Shown: one piece after another, positions 51,426-64,000 of the stretch
How positions within the stretch are numbered: position 1 is the first letter of the stretch
Layout: each line of letters starts with the position of its first letter
Position numbers and translations under genes: made by a program
Source of the DNA: Octopus bimaculoides
Taxonomy: Eukaryota
DNA length: 64,000 nucleotides
Direction of reading: 5' to 3'
Assembly: GCF_001194135.2 (NCBI RefSeq)
Contig: NC_068999.1
Location: forward strand, 33,357,925-33,421,924
The notes under the pieces: generated by a model
Database searches by the model: none
What the model was told of the DNA's origin: nothing
The model's input: the letters and a program-made list of their open reading frames with translations, nothing else

Positions 51426-51826
51426 CGTAAGCAGTTGAGCATGACCCTTAGTGGCTGGTGATATGTGCATTTATGATCATGAGTGGAAGTTATGGGAGTA
51501 GCATCAGAGCCATGTGTTGAGAGGAATTCTTTGGGGTTTGGATAATTTACCTTTGGAAACATGGGTGTTTCATTCAACATCCTTAAACAACCCTTATTCA
51601 GGGACCTTTTGAGTGAGATGGGCTACTTGACCTGAAGAAAATTTTAACTGGGCTCCACCTGAAAGGTTATGCACTGTTAGTCTTGATATGAGATCACCAT
51701 GTTGCGCATACATGGTTGTGATTCATGTGCCTGGCGAACCCTTATCAGATGGGTAGTCATGATGGGTATAATGGGCTTCATATATTTTACCCCAGTGTTA
51801 CTTTGATGGCAAGCACTGCTCTCTCA
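51423..51826 (+). mobile_element. Repeat family X, 5'-truncated
   Basis: Homologous to 49250-49631, ends gcactgctctctc followed by a TAA run. Confidence 0.8.
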
Positions 51827-51914
51827 ATAAAAATAATAATAATGATGATGATGATGATGATGATGATGATAATAATAATAACAATAACAGTAATAATCAT
51901 CATTAGCATCATCA

Positions 51915-52700
51915 TCGTCATCATCATTTAACGTCCGCTTTCCATGCTAGCATGGGTTGGACGATTTGACTGAGGACTGGCAAGCCAGAAGGCTGAACCA
52001 GGCTCCAATCTGATCTGGCAGAGTTTCTACAGCTGGATGCCCTTCCTAACACCAACCACTCCGAGAGTGTAGTGGGTGCCTTTACGTGTCACCGGCACGA
52101 GTGCCAGTCACACGGTACTAGCAACAGCCATGCTCAAAAAGGTGTTTTTTATGTACCACCTGCACGGGAGCCAGTCCAGCGGCATTGGCAATGACCTTGC
52201 TCGAATGATTTTCTAACGTGCCACCAGCACAAGTGCTAGAAAGCGACACTGGTAATGATTATGCTCAAATAGTGCTATTTACGGGCCACTAGCATGGAAG
52301 CCAGACACCTGCTCTGGCAATGAACACGCTTGGACAATGCTGTTAGTGCTCCACTGGCACAGGTGCCAGTCATCGAGTACGGTTCAATTACGATTTCGAT
52401 TTCACTTGCCCCAACAGGTCAAGCAGAGTTTAGTGTCCAATGAAGGAGAGGTTGGCATGGGTGCCAGTCGTTGGATTCGGTTCGATTTCGATTTCAAATT
52501 TCAAATTTCAAATTCCAAATTCCAAATTCACTTGCCTTAATAGGTCTTTGCAAGAAGAGTTTTTAGTGTCCAATGAAGTAAAGATATGAATAAGTGAGCT
52601 GGCTACACTTCTGGCAGTGGTCACAGATTATGCTCTCACTTGCCTTGCCGGGTCTTCTCACGAACTGCATATTTCCAAAGGTCCCGGTCACTGGGAGGCT
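51915..52700 (-). mobile_element. RTE 3' UTR/tail (family D) with internal tandem units
   Basis: catcatttaacgtccgctttccatgctagcatgg.. plus gtgcca..gcac..gccagtc repeats and a ~110-bp duplication at 52380-52580. Confidence 0.8.
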
Positions 52701-53000
52701 ATTGTGAACAAGTTTTAGTATTATTCTGATCTTGACAGCAGAATATAGCCTTCACTGTCCTTGTGAAAGTAGAGATGAAAAAGTCACTACTATCTTATAT
52801 CTTATATGCTGAATGATGTAGGAAAATAGAATTGTTTAAATACTAAGTAATTTAGATACACACAAAAATAATATGAATGAATAGCAGACTGGTTATATAT
52901 CACATCAATTATGTATCAGTTATATATTTGATAAACATTTTGTGTGGATGACTCTCAAGAAGTACCAAGTGGCACCGAATAGTACCAAAAAATGGCTTAG

Positions 53001-53220
53001 TCCTTTAGCATTTAAACTGGCCTTATATTGTCCCAAATATTCTACCTTTTTCATGTTCAAAGTGGTCAGATCTGGCCTCTTACATCTACCCTACAGTATC
53101 ACTCTAAAAATAAAAATGACATCATCAAAATCTCAAAGCTACCAGATAATGCATAATTAATTCAAAACAATGTGAATAAATAAGCATTACATTTGATAGA
53201 ATAATTTGAATGTCAAACAG
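53001..53220. mobile_element. piggyBac-like MITE, second copy
   Basis: Homologous to 21259-21478, right end followed by TTAA. Confidence 0.7.
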
Positions 53221-54894
53221 TTAAGGAAGTACTTCTAAAAGTAACGTTTTGATTGGTTACTCTTTGGATGTTCGAAGCCTATTGAATTATGGTTCGAATC
53301 CTGAACAGGTTGAATGATGGCTTATACATACAAGATTGACTCATGGATGCGAGGCTCAGATTCATGTGTGGTTTGGTGGCATTCAAACCAGATTGCACTT
53401 AAATCTCTTTTGATGATGAATATTTCAATTAAAAAAAAGAGAGGTGACAGGTGGGTGGTGGTGGTGGTGGGAGGGGTAAATCAATTAACACATACAGAGT
53501 AACCTTGCTAGCAAATTTTGATTAATCAATTACTGGTACTTAATGTAGTACAGGACCAAATATCTTGCAAATTTAGGACTGGAAGTGGTCAGGATTTCTA
53601 TATTTTCCAGTTTTCTAGAAACTGGCCTAAATATATATACTTAAAATATAAGATGAACAATGTAAAAAGAAAAGAATTAAATTATATTCAAAAGATGCAA
53701 ATTAATGCATTTCTAAAGTAGGATCTGTTTGACATTTATTCATCTATTAAAATATCACATACTCTACTATGTACATTGCATAATGTTATATAATATGTAC
53801 ATAGTATAATGTTTACAAGATGAAAATTAAATGAAGTAAAATAAAGAACATGATTGTATTTAACTGATATAGGTATAAATTAATATGCTTCTGAAGCAGA
53901 GAAGTAAACAACAAAACTATTTTTAACACCATAAGCAAATTAACCAACATAAAAAACAGGGACTGTTTACTCAATACTGGGTACAGTATATTTCACAGTA
54001 TTCCTGGATTTCCGGTAAATGGATAAGCAATTCGCTGCTGTATAGAGAGTTTTAGCCATCTCAGCCAACAGAATATTTACAACCTGACATATCATGGGAA
54101 ATAACTCTACATATTTACTGCGATTGTCTCCTTTACACAGCTCGCACTACAGTAATGTAGTTTCTTAGGCTATGGATGAATAAACGTACGCGGACACATG
54201 TGTGTGTGTATATATATGGCTCTTACCCTTACACGCACACACACACACACATGTATATTGGCGAAATTCTGATTTAAGTCCCCCATAACTTTTATATTTT
54301 GGGGAATTTTCAGAAATTTTTTTGTGAATTTGTGTTCTACACACGGGAATTCATACGATTATGCAACAAAAAGAGAAAATAAAAATAATTTTATCCCCCA
54401 CCCCATAAATCCTAAAATTTCCATTCTATTGAAATTTATTTTTGAAATTGAAGTTTTTTTGCTTAAATACCCGCNNNNNNNNNNNNNNNNNNNNNNNNNN
54501 NNNNNNNNNNNNNNNNNNNNNNNNNNNNNNNNNNNNNNNNNNNNNNNNNNNNNNNNNNNNNNNNNNNNNNNNNNNNNNNNNNNNNNNNNNNNNNNNNNNN
54601 NNNNNNNNNNNNNNNNNNNNNNNNNNNNNNNNNNNNNNNNNNNNNNNNNNNNNNNNNNNNNNNNNNNNNNNNNNNNNNNNNNNNNNNNNNNNNNNNNNNN
54701 NNNNNNNNNNNNNNNNNNNNNNNNNNNNNNNNNNNNNNNNNNNNNNNNNNNNNNNNNNNNNNNNNNNNNNNNNNNNNNNNNNNNNNNNNNNNNNNNNNNN
54801 NNNNNNNNNNNNNNNNNNNNNNNNNNNNNNNNNNNNNNNNNNNNNNNNNNNNNNNNNNNNNNNNNNNNNNNNNNNNNNNNNNNNNNNNNNNNAT

Positions 54895-55210
54895 AGGATC
54901 ACGGTTTCGATTCCCAGACCGAGCGTTGTGAGCAAAAACACCTAAAGCTCCTTGAGGCTCCGGCAGGGGATGGTGGCGAACCCTGCTGTACTCTTCCACC
55001 ACAACTTTCTCTCACTCTTACTTCCTGTTTCTGTTGTGCCTGTAATTCAAAGGGTTCAGCCTTGTCACGCTGAATATCCCTGAGAACTACGTTAAGGGTA
55101 CACGTGTCTGTGGAGTGCTCAGCCACTTGCACATTAATTTCACGAGCAGGCTGTTCCGTTGATCAGATCAACTGGAACCCTCGATGTTGTAAGCGATGGA
55201 GTGCCAACAA
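54895..55210 (+). mobile_element. SINE family C variant
   Basis: ggtttcgattccc B-box, cagccttgtcac..ctgagaactacgttaagggtacacgtg..gatcaactggaaccctc. Confidence 0.75.
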
Positions 55211-56139
55211 AAAATACACACACACACACACATATATATACATATATGTATTTATACACAATCATATAAATAAAACAACTTCTATTTATGCATTTATTTT
55301 TTGTTAATTCATAATGAAATTCAATGAAGGCCTTAGGTATAATTATTGTTTTCAAATATTTTAATCATGTTTTCAGCAAGATTGTTCAGTAATGCTGACA
55401 CTAATTTTTACCATTTTCTTGAACTGATTCCATAAAGAATCAAATATATAACTGATACATAATTGATGTGATATATAACCAGTCTGCTAGTCATTCACAT
55501 TATTTTTGTGTGTCTCTGAAATAACGATTCCATCCTTATAGAACTCTATGAATTCAGCTGTGATTTCAATGTATTGCTTTCATTTGTAACTTAAACAAAT
55601 ATCATAAATTCAGCTTTGTCATAGATGCTCAATAGGGGAGTCTGGAATTTGTCTTTACCAAGACAAAATCTCAATATCATGAATTTGTAGAAAAAAACTT
55701 TTGACTAATTTGGTAGAATGAACAGGGGAATCATATTGGTATTACTAGTCTGGAAGGATGTAAAATTTGAGAATCAGTTGAATGTCAGAAAAGATGCCAT
55801 GTGGTATTTGGATGCATATTTTATATTTTAAGTTGAAAATGTCTCATGACCATAATAATATCAGATGGCTATGGTACTTGAATTATGATTAAGTACCACA
55901 CGAGTACAGTAATTATAATGAATTATTTAATGATTACTGTAATATGTGTTATTACACAGTCGTAGTAATTAAACTGTGAAACAAAATTAAAATTATTTTT
56001 TTGTCTTTGGTTAATAAGTGTTATTTTCTATTTGTTTCCATTTAGAAATCAAAGGAAATCACTACTCTTCCCTTCAAACTTTGCTTTTGTGACCTGGACA
56101 TCAATGTTTTGAAACTGACCTATTTTCCATTACATTTCA

Positions 56140-56350
56140 GTCAGATTTAGCACTGAATTGCTGAAGCAGAAGTATCGTTACAACAAATATTCTACTCAGT
56201 ACTACAAATTTGCTTGTCAGTTGCTTGACTGTAACCACTTGAGCAGGTCCCTTAGGGGCTGACAATATGTGCTTCTCAGATGATGAGTAGGAGTAGTGGG
56301 GGAGCATCATAGCTATGCATTGAGGGGGACTGCTTGGAGTTTGATATAAA
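56140..56350 (+). mobile_element. Repeat family X, degenerate internal fragment
   Basis: caaatattct..tttgcttgtcagttg..gctgacaatatgtgc..gtagtgggg. Confidence 0.7.
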
Positions 56351-58006
56351 TGTAACAAAAGCAAAGGAAATATTAACCATTTTTCATACTTTCTAGGAGT
56401 AAGTAAATAAAAAATAACAGTTGCTACCCAAGGACAAAAATTATGTTACACAGTATTATATTACTAAATAATCACAATAATTTGTACAAAGTATCATATG
56501 GCTCCAGTAATTACGTTATAACCAGATATCAGGTGATTACAATGACCATAGTAATTGTAATGAAGTGACAGCAAACCATAAAATCATCATCACTTTTAAT
56601 AGTTAAAGTAAGACAATTCCTCACTAACGAACCAGCAGTGAGATGAGGAGTGGATGGCAGGGGAAATGGAGACATAGTTGAACATGGTTACTGATGAGTT
56701 GTTGCATAAATAATCCTTTCTTCTATAGGTACAAAGTCTGAAATTTGGTGGGAGTGGGATGAGTCAATTACATCAACCCCAGTGGTCAACTGGTGCAAAT
56801 TTTATTGACTTTGAAAAAGATGAAAAGCAGAGTCAACCTTGGTGGAATTTAAACTCAGAAAGCAAAGAAGGATGGAATGCAAAGAAGCACCTTGCCTGGC
56901 ATGTTAACGGTTCTGCCAGCTCATTGCTTTATTTGTTATATATCATTATCGTTTAATGTCTGTTTTCAATGCTGGCATGGGTTGGACAGTTTGACATGGA
57001 GCTGGCTAGCAGGGAGCTGTCCAGACCCAAACTGTCTGTTGTGGCATGGTTTCTACAGCTGGATGCCCTTCCTAATGCCAATCACTTTATAGTATGGACT
57101 GGGTGCTTTTTACGTGTCACCATCATATTATATAAATAATATAAAAGTGGTTCATGGAGGGAAAGGGGACACACAGAACAGCAAAAATCCATGCAATAAC
57201 ATCTCTTCATTCTTGTTATGTTCTGGCAGATTTGAACATGAGGTTTCTCACCAAACTGTGAACACCCCACAAATTATTATCTGTTTAGCAGACATCAGCA
57301 CATAGTTTTCTTTTTGCCAATTCCTATAACCAAGAGCTCATGCTCTGGTGAGACTCATCAGTCCAGTGGCAGGGTAGCTTCAATGTGGTTGTAACACTGC
57401 AAAGTACCCTTACACTGGTGAATCAAGTGTATTATGAACACTACGTTGTCTAAAGGGAGGAGGTGTTCTCCAGTGGTGAAAAACAATAACTAACAAATAT
57501 TGGTTTCAAATTTTAGCACAAGGTCAGCAGTTTAAGGGGAGGGGCTAGGTTGATTACATTGACCTTAGTGCTTAATTGGTACTTATTTTATTGACCCTGC
57601 AAAGATGAAAGGCAAAGTCGACCCAGCAGCATTTGAACCAAGAATATATAGCTGGTCAGTGATGCTAAGCAGTTTGCCTGGCGTGCTAACAATTCTGCCA
57701 GCTTGCCATCCTGTAACTAACAAATATTTCCATTTATATCTGCTAGAGTGTTAAGAATGAACAATCATCATCATCATCATCATTTTTATATTCCATTCAC
57801 CATTTTTGCATGGGTTGGACAGGTTTCCTCCAGCATTCCATATCATACTACATGTTGCAATCATACATCATCTTTATGAGATTCATCATTTTGAGACCAC
57901 CACTTATCCTTTCTTCCTCAGTTTCCCCCTTTCATGGATTCCTTCCACTTGAACCACTTGACGCTTTTTTATTCAAATCTCTGTCTCTATATGCATCATA
58001 TGTTGA

Positions 58007-58365
58007 AGTAATATTTATCCCCACTTAAATGTGGATGTTCTGTCAGAACAAACTATATTGCAGTAGATACTATGAGAGAAACTCTCATATTGGCTTTTGG
58101 TGCAAAATGCATTCTTGTTTATAATGCTAGCGGAGAGATAAATCTCCATCTCTGAGACTACTAGATCACATAATTTCGACCTTCTTTGGTCTCATCAATG
58201 ATGGATACTTAACCACTAGAGATAGCGGTGACTCATCTCCTTGCCAGTGATAGTGCCAGATCAGGCACTGGTGCCGTGATTAGCCATTGAGCTTGTTAAT
58301 ACTGAGATGTAATATTTCTCCTCCCTTAAATGTGGATGTTCTGTTAAAACAAACTATACTGTTCT
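58007..58365 (-). mobile_element. ~301-bp unit bounded by direct repeats and containing a hammerhead-like motif (Penelope pLTR / retrozyme-like)
   Basis: gtaatattt..cttaaatgtggatgttctgt..aacaaactata at ~58007 and ~58308. Confidence 0.55.
58145..58205 (-). ncRNA. Type I hammerhead-like motif with a core substitution
   Basis: TCCATCA-TTGATGA-GACC aaagaa GGTC-GAAA-TTAT gtgatcta GTAGTC-TCAGAGATGGA. Perfect stem II and GUC triplet, but C3 replaced by T and a bulged stem I. Confidence 0.55.
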
Positions 58366-59299
58366 AACAGAACACCATGGTGGGCATAAACATTATCTCT
58401 CGATATTCATACTGCCTCTGTTGTTTATACATATGTTTAGTGTAGTCTTCTGCCTTTCATACTATATCTGATTATTCCAATATCCAGAACTTTTTTCAGT
58501 TCATTTGTGTTTCGTTGTTGATGCATGCAAACATTACACATCCAGTGGAGAATGCTTACCTCATTTCATTTTAACTGTTGCATTTAATGCCCACAGTTTG
58601 CTTCCATGTAACATCACACTTTATACATATATATCATACAGTCTGCCTTTCAATAAGAGAAAAAACTCACTTTGTGGCTAGCTTATGCAATTGCTCCCTA
58701 AACTGTTTTCATTCTGGCTATCAGACTTTTGGGCATTCACCTTCACTGCTAATTAGACCCTTTATGTAGGGTAGGTTATTAAGTACTTATAGTGAATCCT
58801 CTGAGCATTTGAAAGATTTTTTATCACAAGTGTTCTTGCAGTTAACTAGTCCTATACTTTAGTCACATATGAAGTCTTTTTCTCTCACCCCATCTATGAC
58901 CCCACTACACTTCATAGTTTATATTGGCTAGTTAGTCCACATGTCTCTGTAAGGAGCATATGGTCACTTACCTGATTTCCATGGTGTATATATTCCTCCC
59001 TGGATAGGATGCCAGTCCATCACAGCTGAGTGAACTGGAGTAATATGAAATGAAGTGCTTTGCTCAAGAACGCAATGCATCACCTGGTCCTGGAATTGAA
59101 ACTGCAATCTGACAATCATCAGTCCAACACCCTAACCACTAAAGTCATGCCTTATAGAATTCCTACATTCTCCTTTTCAAGTAAATGACAGTCAAATCCT
59201 TTCTTCTTTCCTGGCAAGTAAAACATTAATTTTTTCTGAGTTTACTTGGAGGCCTCTTGATTCTAGACTTTGATTCTAAGCTTGAGATTTCTTCTCTAA

Positions 59300-59620
59300 T
59301 TCTTTGACAGATTCAGCTACGAGAGGTAGGTGATTGGTAAACAAAAGTTCACACAGACAGTCAATCTTGACCTCCTTAGAAAAGTGGTCTATCTAAAAAA
59401 AATTGGCGCCTCAAAAAAAAAACAATATTGATTTCTCAATTTCTTGGGAAATACTATCTTCTGCCCCTTCTTACAGATATAATAATAAAATTTGTAGGTT
59501 ATGTTTGGAAGAAAGCTATAGCATAATCAGAATGAACGGAAATCTGATTAACACTAGGGATGAAAAAGTTTTTTCATGTAAACGCATAACTAAATTCTTT
59601 TTTTTATCAATCTTAAATAA
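59300..59620 (+). mobile_element. Penelope-like element, endonuclease C-terminus
   Basis: FSISWEILSSAPSYRYNNKICRLCLEESYSII..LINTRDE..SCKRITKF, followed by a long AT-rich tract. Confidence 0.8.
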
Positions 59621-60129
59621 TTCTTCACTCCCCCCCTTGTTTAGATTTATTTTTGGTGTTTTTTTTTTAAATGTTTCTATATATTATCTTTTTCTATGGA
59701 ATACGATTACTCATCACACCCTCTTTACATCACTGTACCTTACACTATCTTGATATACTTTTTTATTTAACTTTTCCTTTTAACAATTGCATGACCCACC
59801 ATATATTGGGTTAACACTTTAACTACCTCTCCCTACACCTCCATTAGTGTATAATATGCCTATAATTTTTGTATTTTATTTTATTTGCATAATGTGTCCT
59901 TTTAAACCCCCTCAACGTACCCATTCTAACTAATACTGTTTTATGTTACTTGTGACTCTACCTGATAATTAAATATATTTTACTGCTGATATATGCAAAC
60001 ACATATAGTACTTCTTGGTGTCTTACATGCCTACAACCATGAGTGCATATCTAGATATGGATCTTATATGTCATCTGTGTGTGCATATCTATTATTATTG
60101 TGTTTATTCACTATATGTTGCCGCTAACA

Positions 60130-60560
60130 TCATCATCATCATCATCGTTTAACGTCCACTTTCCATGCTAGCATGGGTTGGATAATTTGACTGAGGACTG
60201 GTGAACCAGATGGCTACACCAGGCTCCAATCTGATTTGGCAGAGTTTCTACAGCTGGATGCCCTTCCTAATGCCAACCACTCCGAGAGTGTAGTGGGTGC
60301 TTTTACATGCCACCGGCACGAAGGCCAGTCAGGAGGTACTGGCAACGGCCACGCTTGAAATGGTGTATTTTACGTGCCACCTGCACAGGAGCCAGTCCAG
60401 TAGTACTGGCAACGAACTCGCTCAAATGTGTTTTCACGTGCCAGGAAGGTGATGTTGGTAACGGTCACGCTCAAATGGTGCTATTTACGTGCCACCGGCA
60501 TGAAAGCCAGACAGCTGGTGTTCTGGCAACGATCACGCTCGGACGGTGCTCGAACGTATG
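60130..60560 (-). mobile_element. RTE 3' UTR/tail (family D) with ~65-bp tandem units
   Basis: Nearly identical to 30831-31079, with four gtgcca..actggcaacg..cgctc..aaatggtg units. Confidence 0.85.
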
Positions 60561-61981
60561 CACATATACATATATTTCGCATACACACACATATATATAC
60601 TACTATTTTTTTATGTGTGTGTACTTATATCTATATGCATGTGCCTTTTCTCTCTTTGCACCAGTATGACTATATATATTTATGACTATATATATTCCTT
60701 CCTTTATGTATACCCTAATCAAAAAACAACTAGAATTCCTATATCTATGTATACTAATGTGCAGATATGCCTCTACTAATGTATAAGTGAATATACTAAC
60801 AATTTTTTCCATATAAGATTTTTTTTATGACATTATGTATAAATTTTTTTGTATACTTATGTGTACCCCCATACTCATACCTTTTCTTATATTCATAATA
60901 CACAATACTCTGCTATTACTTGAATATTAATTACTAACCTAATACCACTATATATCCCTCTCACATTATGCCAAGCTAGTTCCTTACCTCATATTTTTAT
61001 CTATACTTAAGCATAGTTACTGTATAACCATACATATCTATACATATAAATTAAACCCTCTATTTCCTATATTTCATTCCCAGCTCACTTATCTTCTCTA
61101 CATTGTTATTTTCCCCTATTCTTAACGTGGCAATAATGAATCTCTGAGCGCTCTTTTTCCATCTTTATAGCCACAGCAAGTATTTACTATCTAAATTGTA
61201 AGACTAACAACTATTTTTTCTGTTTTTACTTATTTTTCTCCCTTATATCTAATACATACTAACGAATATTAGTTCTTATGCAAACACAAGTCCATTTTAT
61301 GCATCTTATTCTCTCTTTAACCTTTTTATTTACCTCTCTAACACTTGTTTATGTCAATAATCCAATAGCTCTTTATACACTATCTCCTCTAGATTAACCT
61401 CATTCTCATGTATTAAATTTTTTTAAAAACATACACCACACTAAGTATTGTTTCTAACTGTCAGGTCATATCTTAATTCAGATATAGCCATGCCTTTCCA
61501 TTGGACATTTCTATACAATCTTTCACCTACATGACTTATTTGGGATTAGAATTTCTTAATTTCCTTACTCATCTATAGAGGGAACATCTCTGAAGCCTCT
61601 TTTACTTATATTTTCAAATAACCGATACAGCCTAACTAGACTCACATCTCTTTTTCTCATAAGGTTAACTATGAATCTCCTAGATCCTATTCTGCTATAT
61701 CCTTTCTCAAGTCCTTTGTAGAAATTTTGTTTATTCTTCTTGCATTGAAGAGTATAGTGATATATAATTAATTTAATTTAAGCTAATTAATTCTATTCAA
61801 CCATGAATTTGCATGATGTTTATACCACTGTATGAAATGATTGTCTGCATGAATTAAAATTCACTTATATATTTTAACATCTCTTCTTCATTTTTGACAA
61901 TATTGTTGAGTTTTATGGGATTTCTTTCCATAAATTCATAACACACTATATACATAATATATATATATATATATATACATA

Positions 61982-62027
<46 letters not shown>

Positions 62028-62459
62028 TCTACCGTCGAGTTAAATGTTTTTAAGAGATAAATTTTGAAAACTGCATTCCCTCGCTTTCAGTAAATATGTT
62101 GCTTATTTTTTGGTAGTTTTTGACTTATTTAGTCCCTCGAAGCGTGAGGCATTACTACACAGTTAATGCCCTTTATATATAATTATATATATATATATAT
62201 GTAACATATGAAAGTACTAGTTTATTCAATATTGTAAAAATTCCAAATAATAAAACATGAAAATCAGACTAAGTTGGAATTTAATTGATTAATACACACA
62301 CACACCTTTTCTTTATTTGGCACTATGGCCATAACACAGAGAGGACAGCACAAGGACATACAAAACACCACAGTGGGGACAAAAACATAAAATGCACATC
62401 CAATGGAGCATTCTAGCTTCAGTTCTTTCTCATCTTCTCGACTCCTCTGCATTCAAAAC

Positions 62460-62720
62460 TCATGTATCACTACCAAACAGTTGCACAGTTCTAACACAAG
62501 TGTCATAAAATTTACCTTTTACTCTGAAAGAAAAGACCTTTGTTGCTAGCAGTGGCAGGAGGTACCTGAACCTTTCCCAACTTGTTCTTACCCAGGCTAC
62601 TATATTTTTGGAGCAACCACCTTCCCTACAAACAAACAAACAAAAGACATCATCTGCCTCTATGAATGAGCCATCTGGGCACTTAAGGGAATCAACTTCT
62701 GGTGTGTTCATAAAACTTAC
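62460..62720 (-). mobile_element. Old RTE fragment
   Basis: GGCSKNIVAWVRTSWERFRYLLPLLATKVFSFRVKGKFYDTCVRT, homologous to the 31650-31900 RTE segment. Confidence 0.85.
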
Positions 62721-63130
62721 TAATCTGGTGCATCTGTCACATATGAAGCCAACTTTCTCTCTTAGTCAGCCTGTGATTCCATTAAACCACTTCTGTGTCC
62801 ATAACTTATGCTGGGTCTAACATATGGAATATACATCTACTTTTCTTCACATTGAGTAGGGTCATTTCCCTGAAGATACCAAGGTCCTATTTTCCATTTT
62901 ACTAAAACTTTTCTACTTGCTTAGTTATCTTGAGGCATCATGATTCTAGGTTTAGAGTCAATGCCTGGAATTTCCTCTCTAATTCCCCTATAGATACATC
63001 CATGGGAACTAGATCATCAGCATATAGAAATTCCTGTAGACATACAGTTTAAAATTCTTCTGTGATAGCCAGTAGGACTACAGTGAATAGGCGAAGACTG
63101 AAGACTGTATCTTGATGTACTCCCACTTTC

Positions 63131-63184
<54 letters not shown>

Positions 63185-63384
63185 ACATACGTACATAGAG
63201 ATACTGAATGCATAACTGTGTGCTAATATTACATTTTTCACCAAGTTTATATATATTTTCACACACATATGTATAAGTATATAAATACACACACACATAT
63301 AGAGAGATATATTGATAAAACTTACTTGGAAAAGGATGCGTGGCGTTCAATCATATAATAATATATAAATATATGCATATATAT

Positions 63385-63770
63385 ACATACATATATGTAC
63401 ATACCTACATATATATGTATATATACATGCATATATGGGTACAGGTCATCAACAAACGTGGTCAGAATGGGAAACGAGAACATAAAAAACAAAAACATAG
63501 AAAACGAAATTTTTTCGGAACAACGAAAGGAAACAAAGAGAAACGAGACATGCAACATAAAGAACATTCCCTTCATCAGTTGTCCCCTGTTTTATCTACT
63601 GCATGTATCGTTTCTCTGTTTGTTTTTTTCGTTGTTCAAAAAAGTTCGTTTTCTATCTTTTTGTTTTTTATGTTCTCGTTTCTCATTCTGTCCACGTTTT
63701 TTTAATGTCCTGTACCCATATATGCATGTATATATACATATATATGTAGGTATGTACATATATGTATGTA
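63385..63770. repeat. Long fold-back (~170-bp arms, 45-nt loop)
   Basis: catgcatatatgggtacagg..aaacgtggtcagaatgggaaacgagaacataaaaaacaaaaa..gaaacgagacatgca versus tgcatgtatcgtttc..ttttgttttttatgttctcgtttctcattctgtccacgttt..cctgtacccatatatgcatg. Confidence 0.9.
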
Positions 63771-63809
63771 CGTATGCATATATATATATATATATGTATG
63801 TATATATGC

Positions 63810-63877
<68 letters not shown>

Positions 63878-64000
63878 TGAAAGAAATCGTGCTGAATATG
63901 ACAAAAACCCTGATAAGAAAGCAAAAATTCAGTTGTTTTAAACATATGTTTGAAATTTTGAAATACACACACACACATGTGCATATGATATTTAGTACAT

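Noticed and set aside
53265-53320. GGTTCGAATCC T-arm motif (possible tRNA)
   Set aside because: No cloverleaf could be built; T-stem and acceptor pairing are poor.
57335-57370. CTGATGAG on the minus strand (possible hammerhead)
   Set aside because: No stem II-GAAA partner.
52-64000. Numerous ORFs rich in YI/HT/CV repeats or X runs
   Set aside because: Translations of (TA)n/(CA)n microsatellites and N gaps, not genes.

Overview
Eukaryotic, AT-rich, microsatellite- and gap-riddled genomic DNA. The SINE/LINE repertoire (tRNA-derived SINEs, RTE, Dong/R4, CR1, Penelope-like, mariner) points to an octopus-type cephalopod draft scaffold; this is an inference. Most six-frame ORFs are microsatellite, N-gap or transposon artefacts. 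One host gene is supported: three + strand exons (28648-28760, 32767-32816, 34697-34837) with canonical splice sites and compatible phases join into the C-terminal ~100 aa of a divergent FAIM-like protein. Its N-terminal exons were not confidently found. The rest is transposon-derived: a full-length, frameshifted DD37D (maT) element with TIRs, several mariner relics, hAT and piggyBac-like MITEs, RTE, CR1, Dong/R4, Tx1/L1 and Penelope-like fragments, and three SINE families. Most notable unexplained structure: hammerhead-ribozyme motifs in Penelope/retrozyme-like repeats (23.4 kb, 58.2 kb, partial at 45.8 kb), a ~535 bp TAA-associated non-coding repeat next to Dong elements, a CR1 whose 3' tail matches the dominant SINE, and several long fold-back hairpins, some within or upstream of the FAIM-like gene. 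Repeat boundaries were read by eye and are approximate; no database searches were run.
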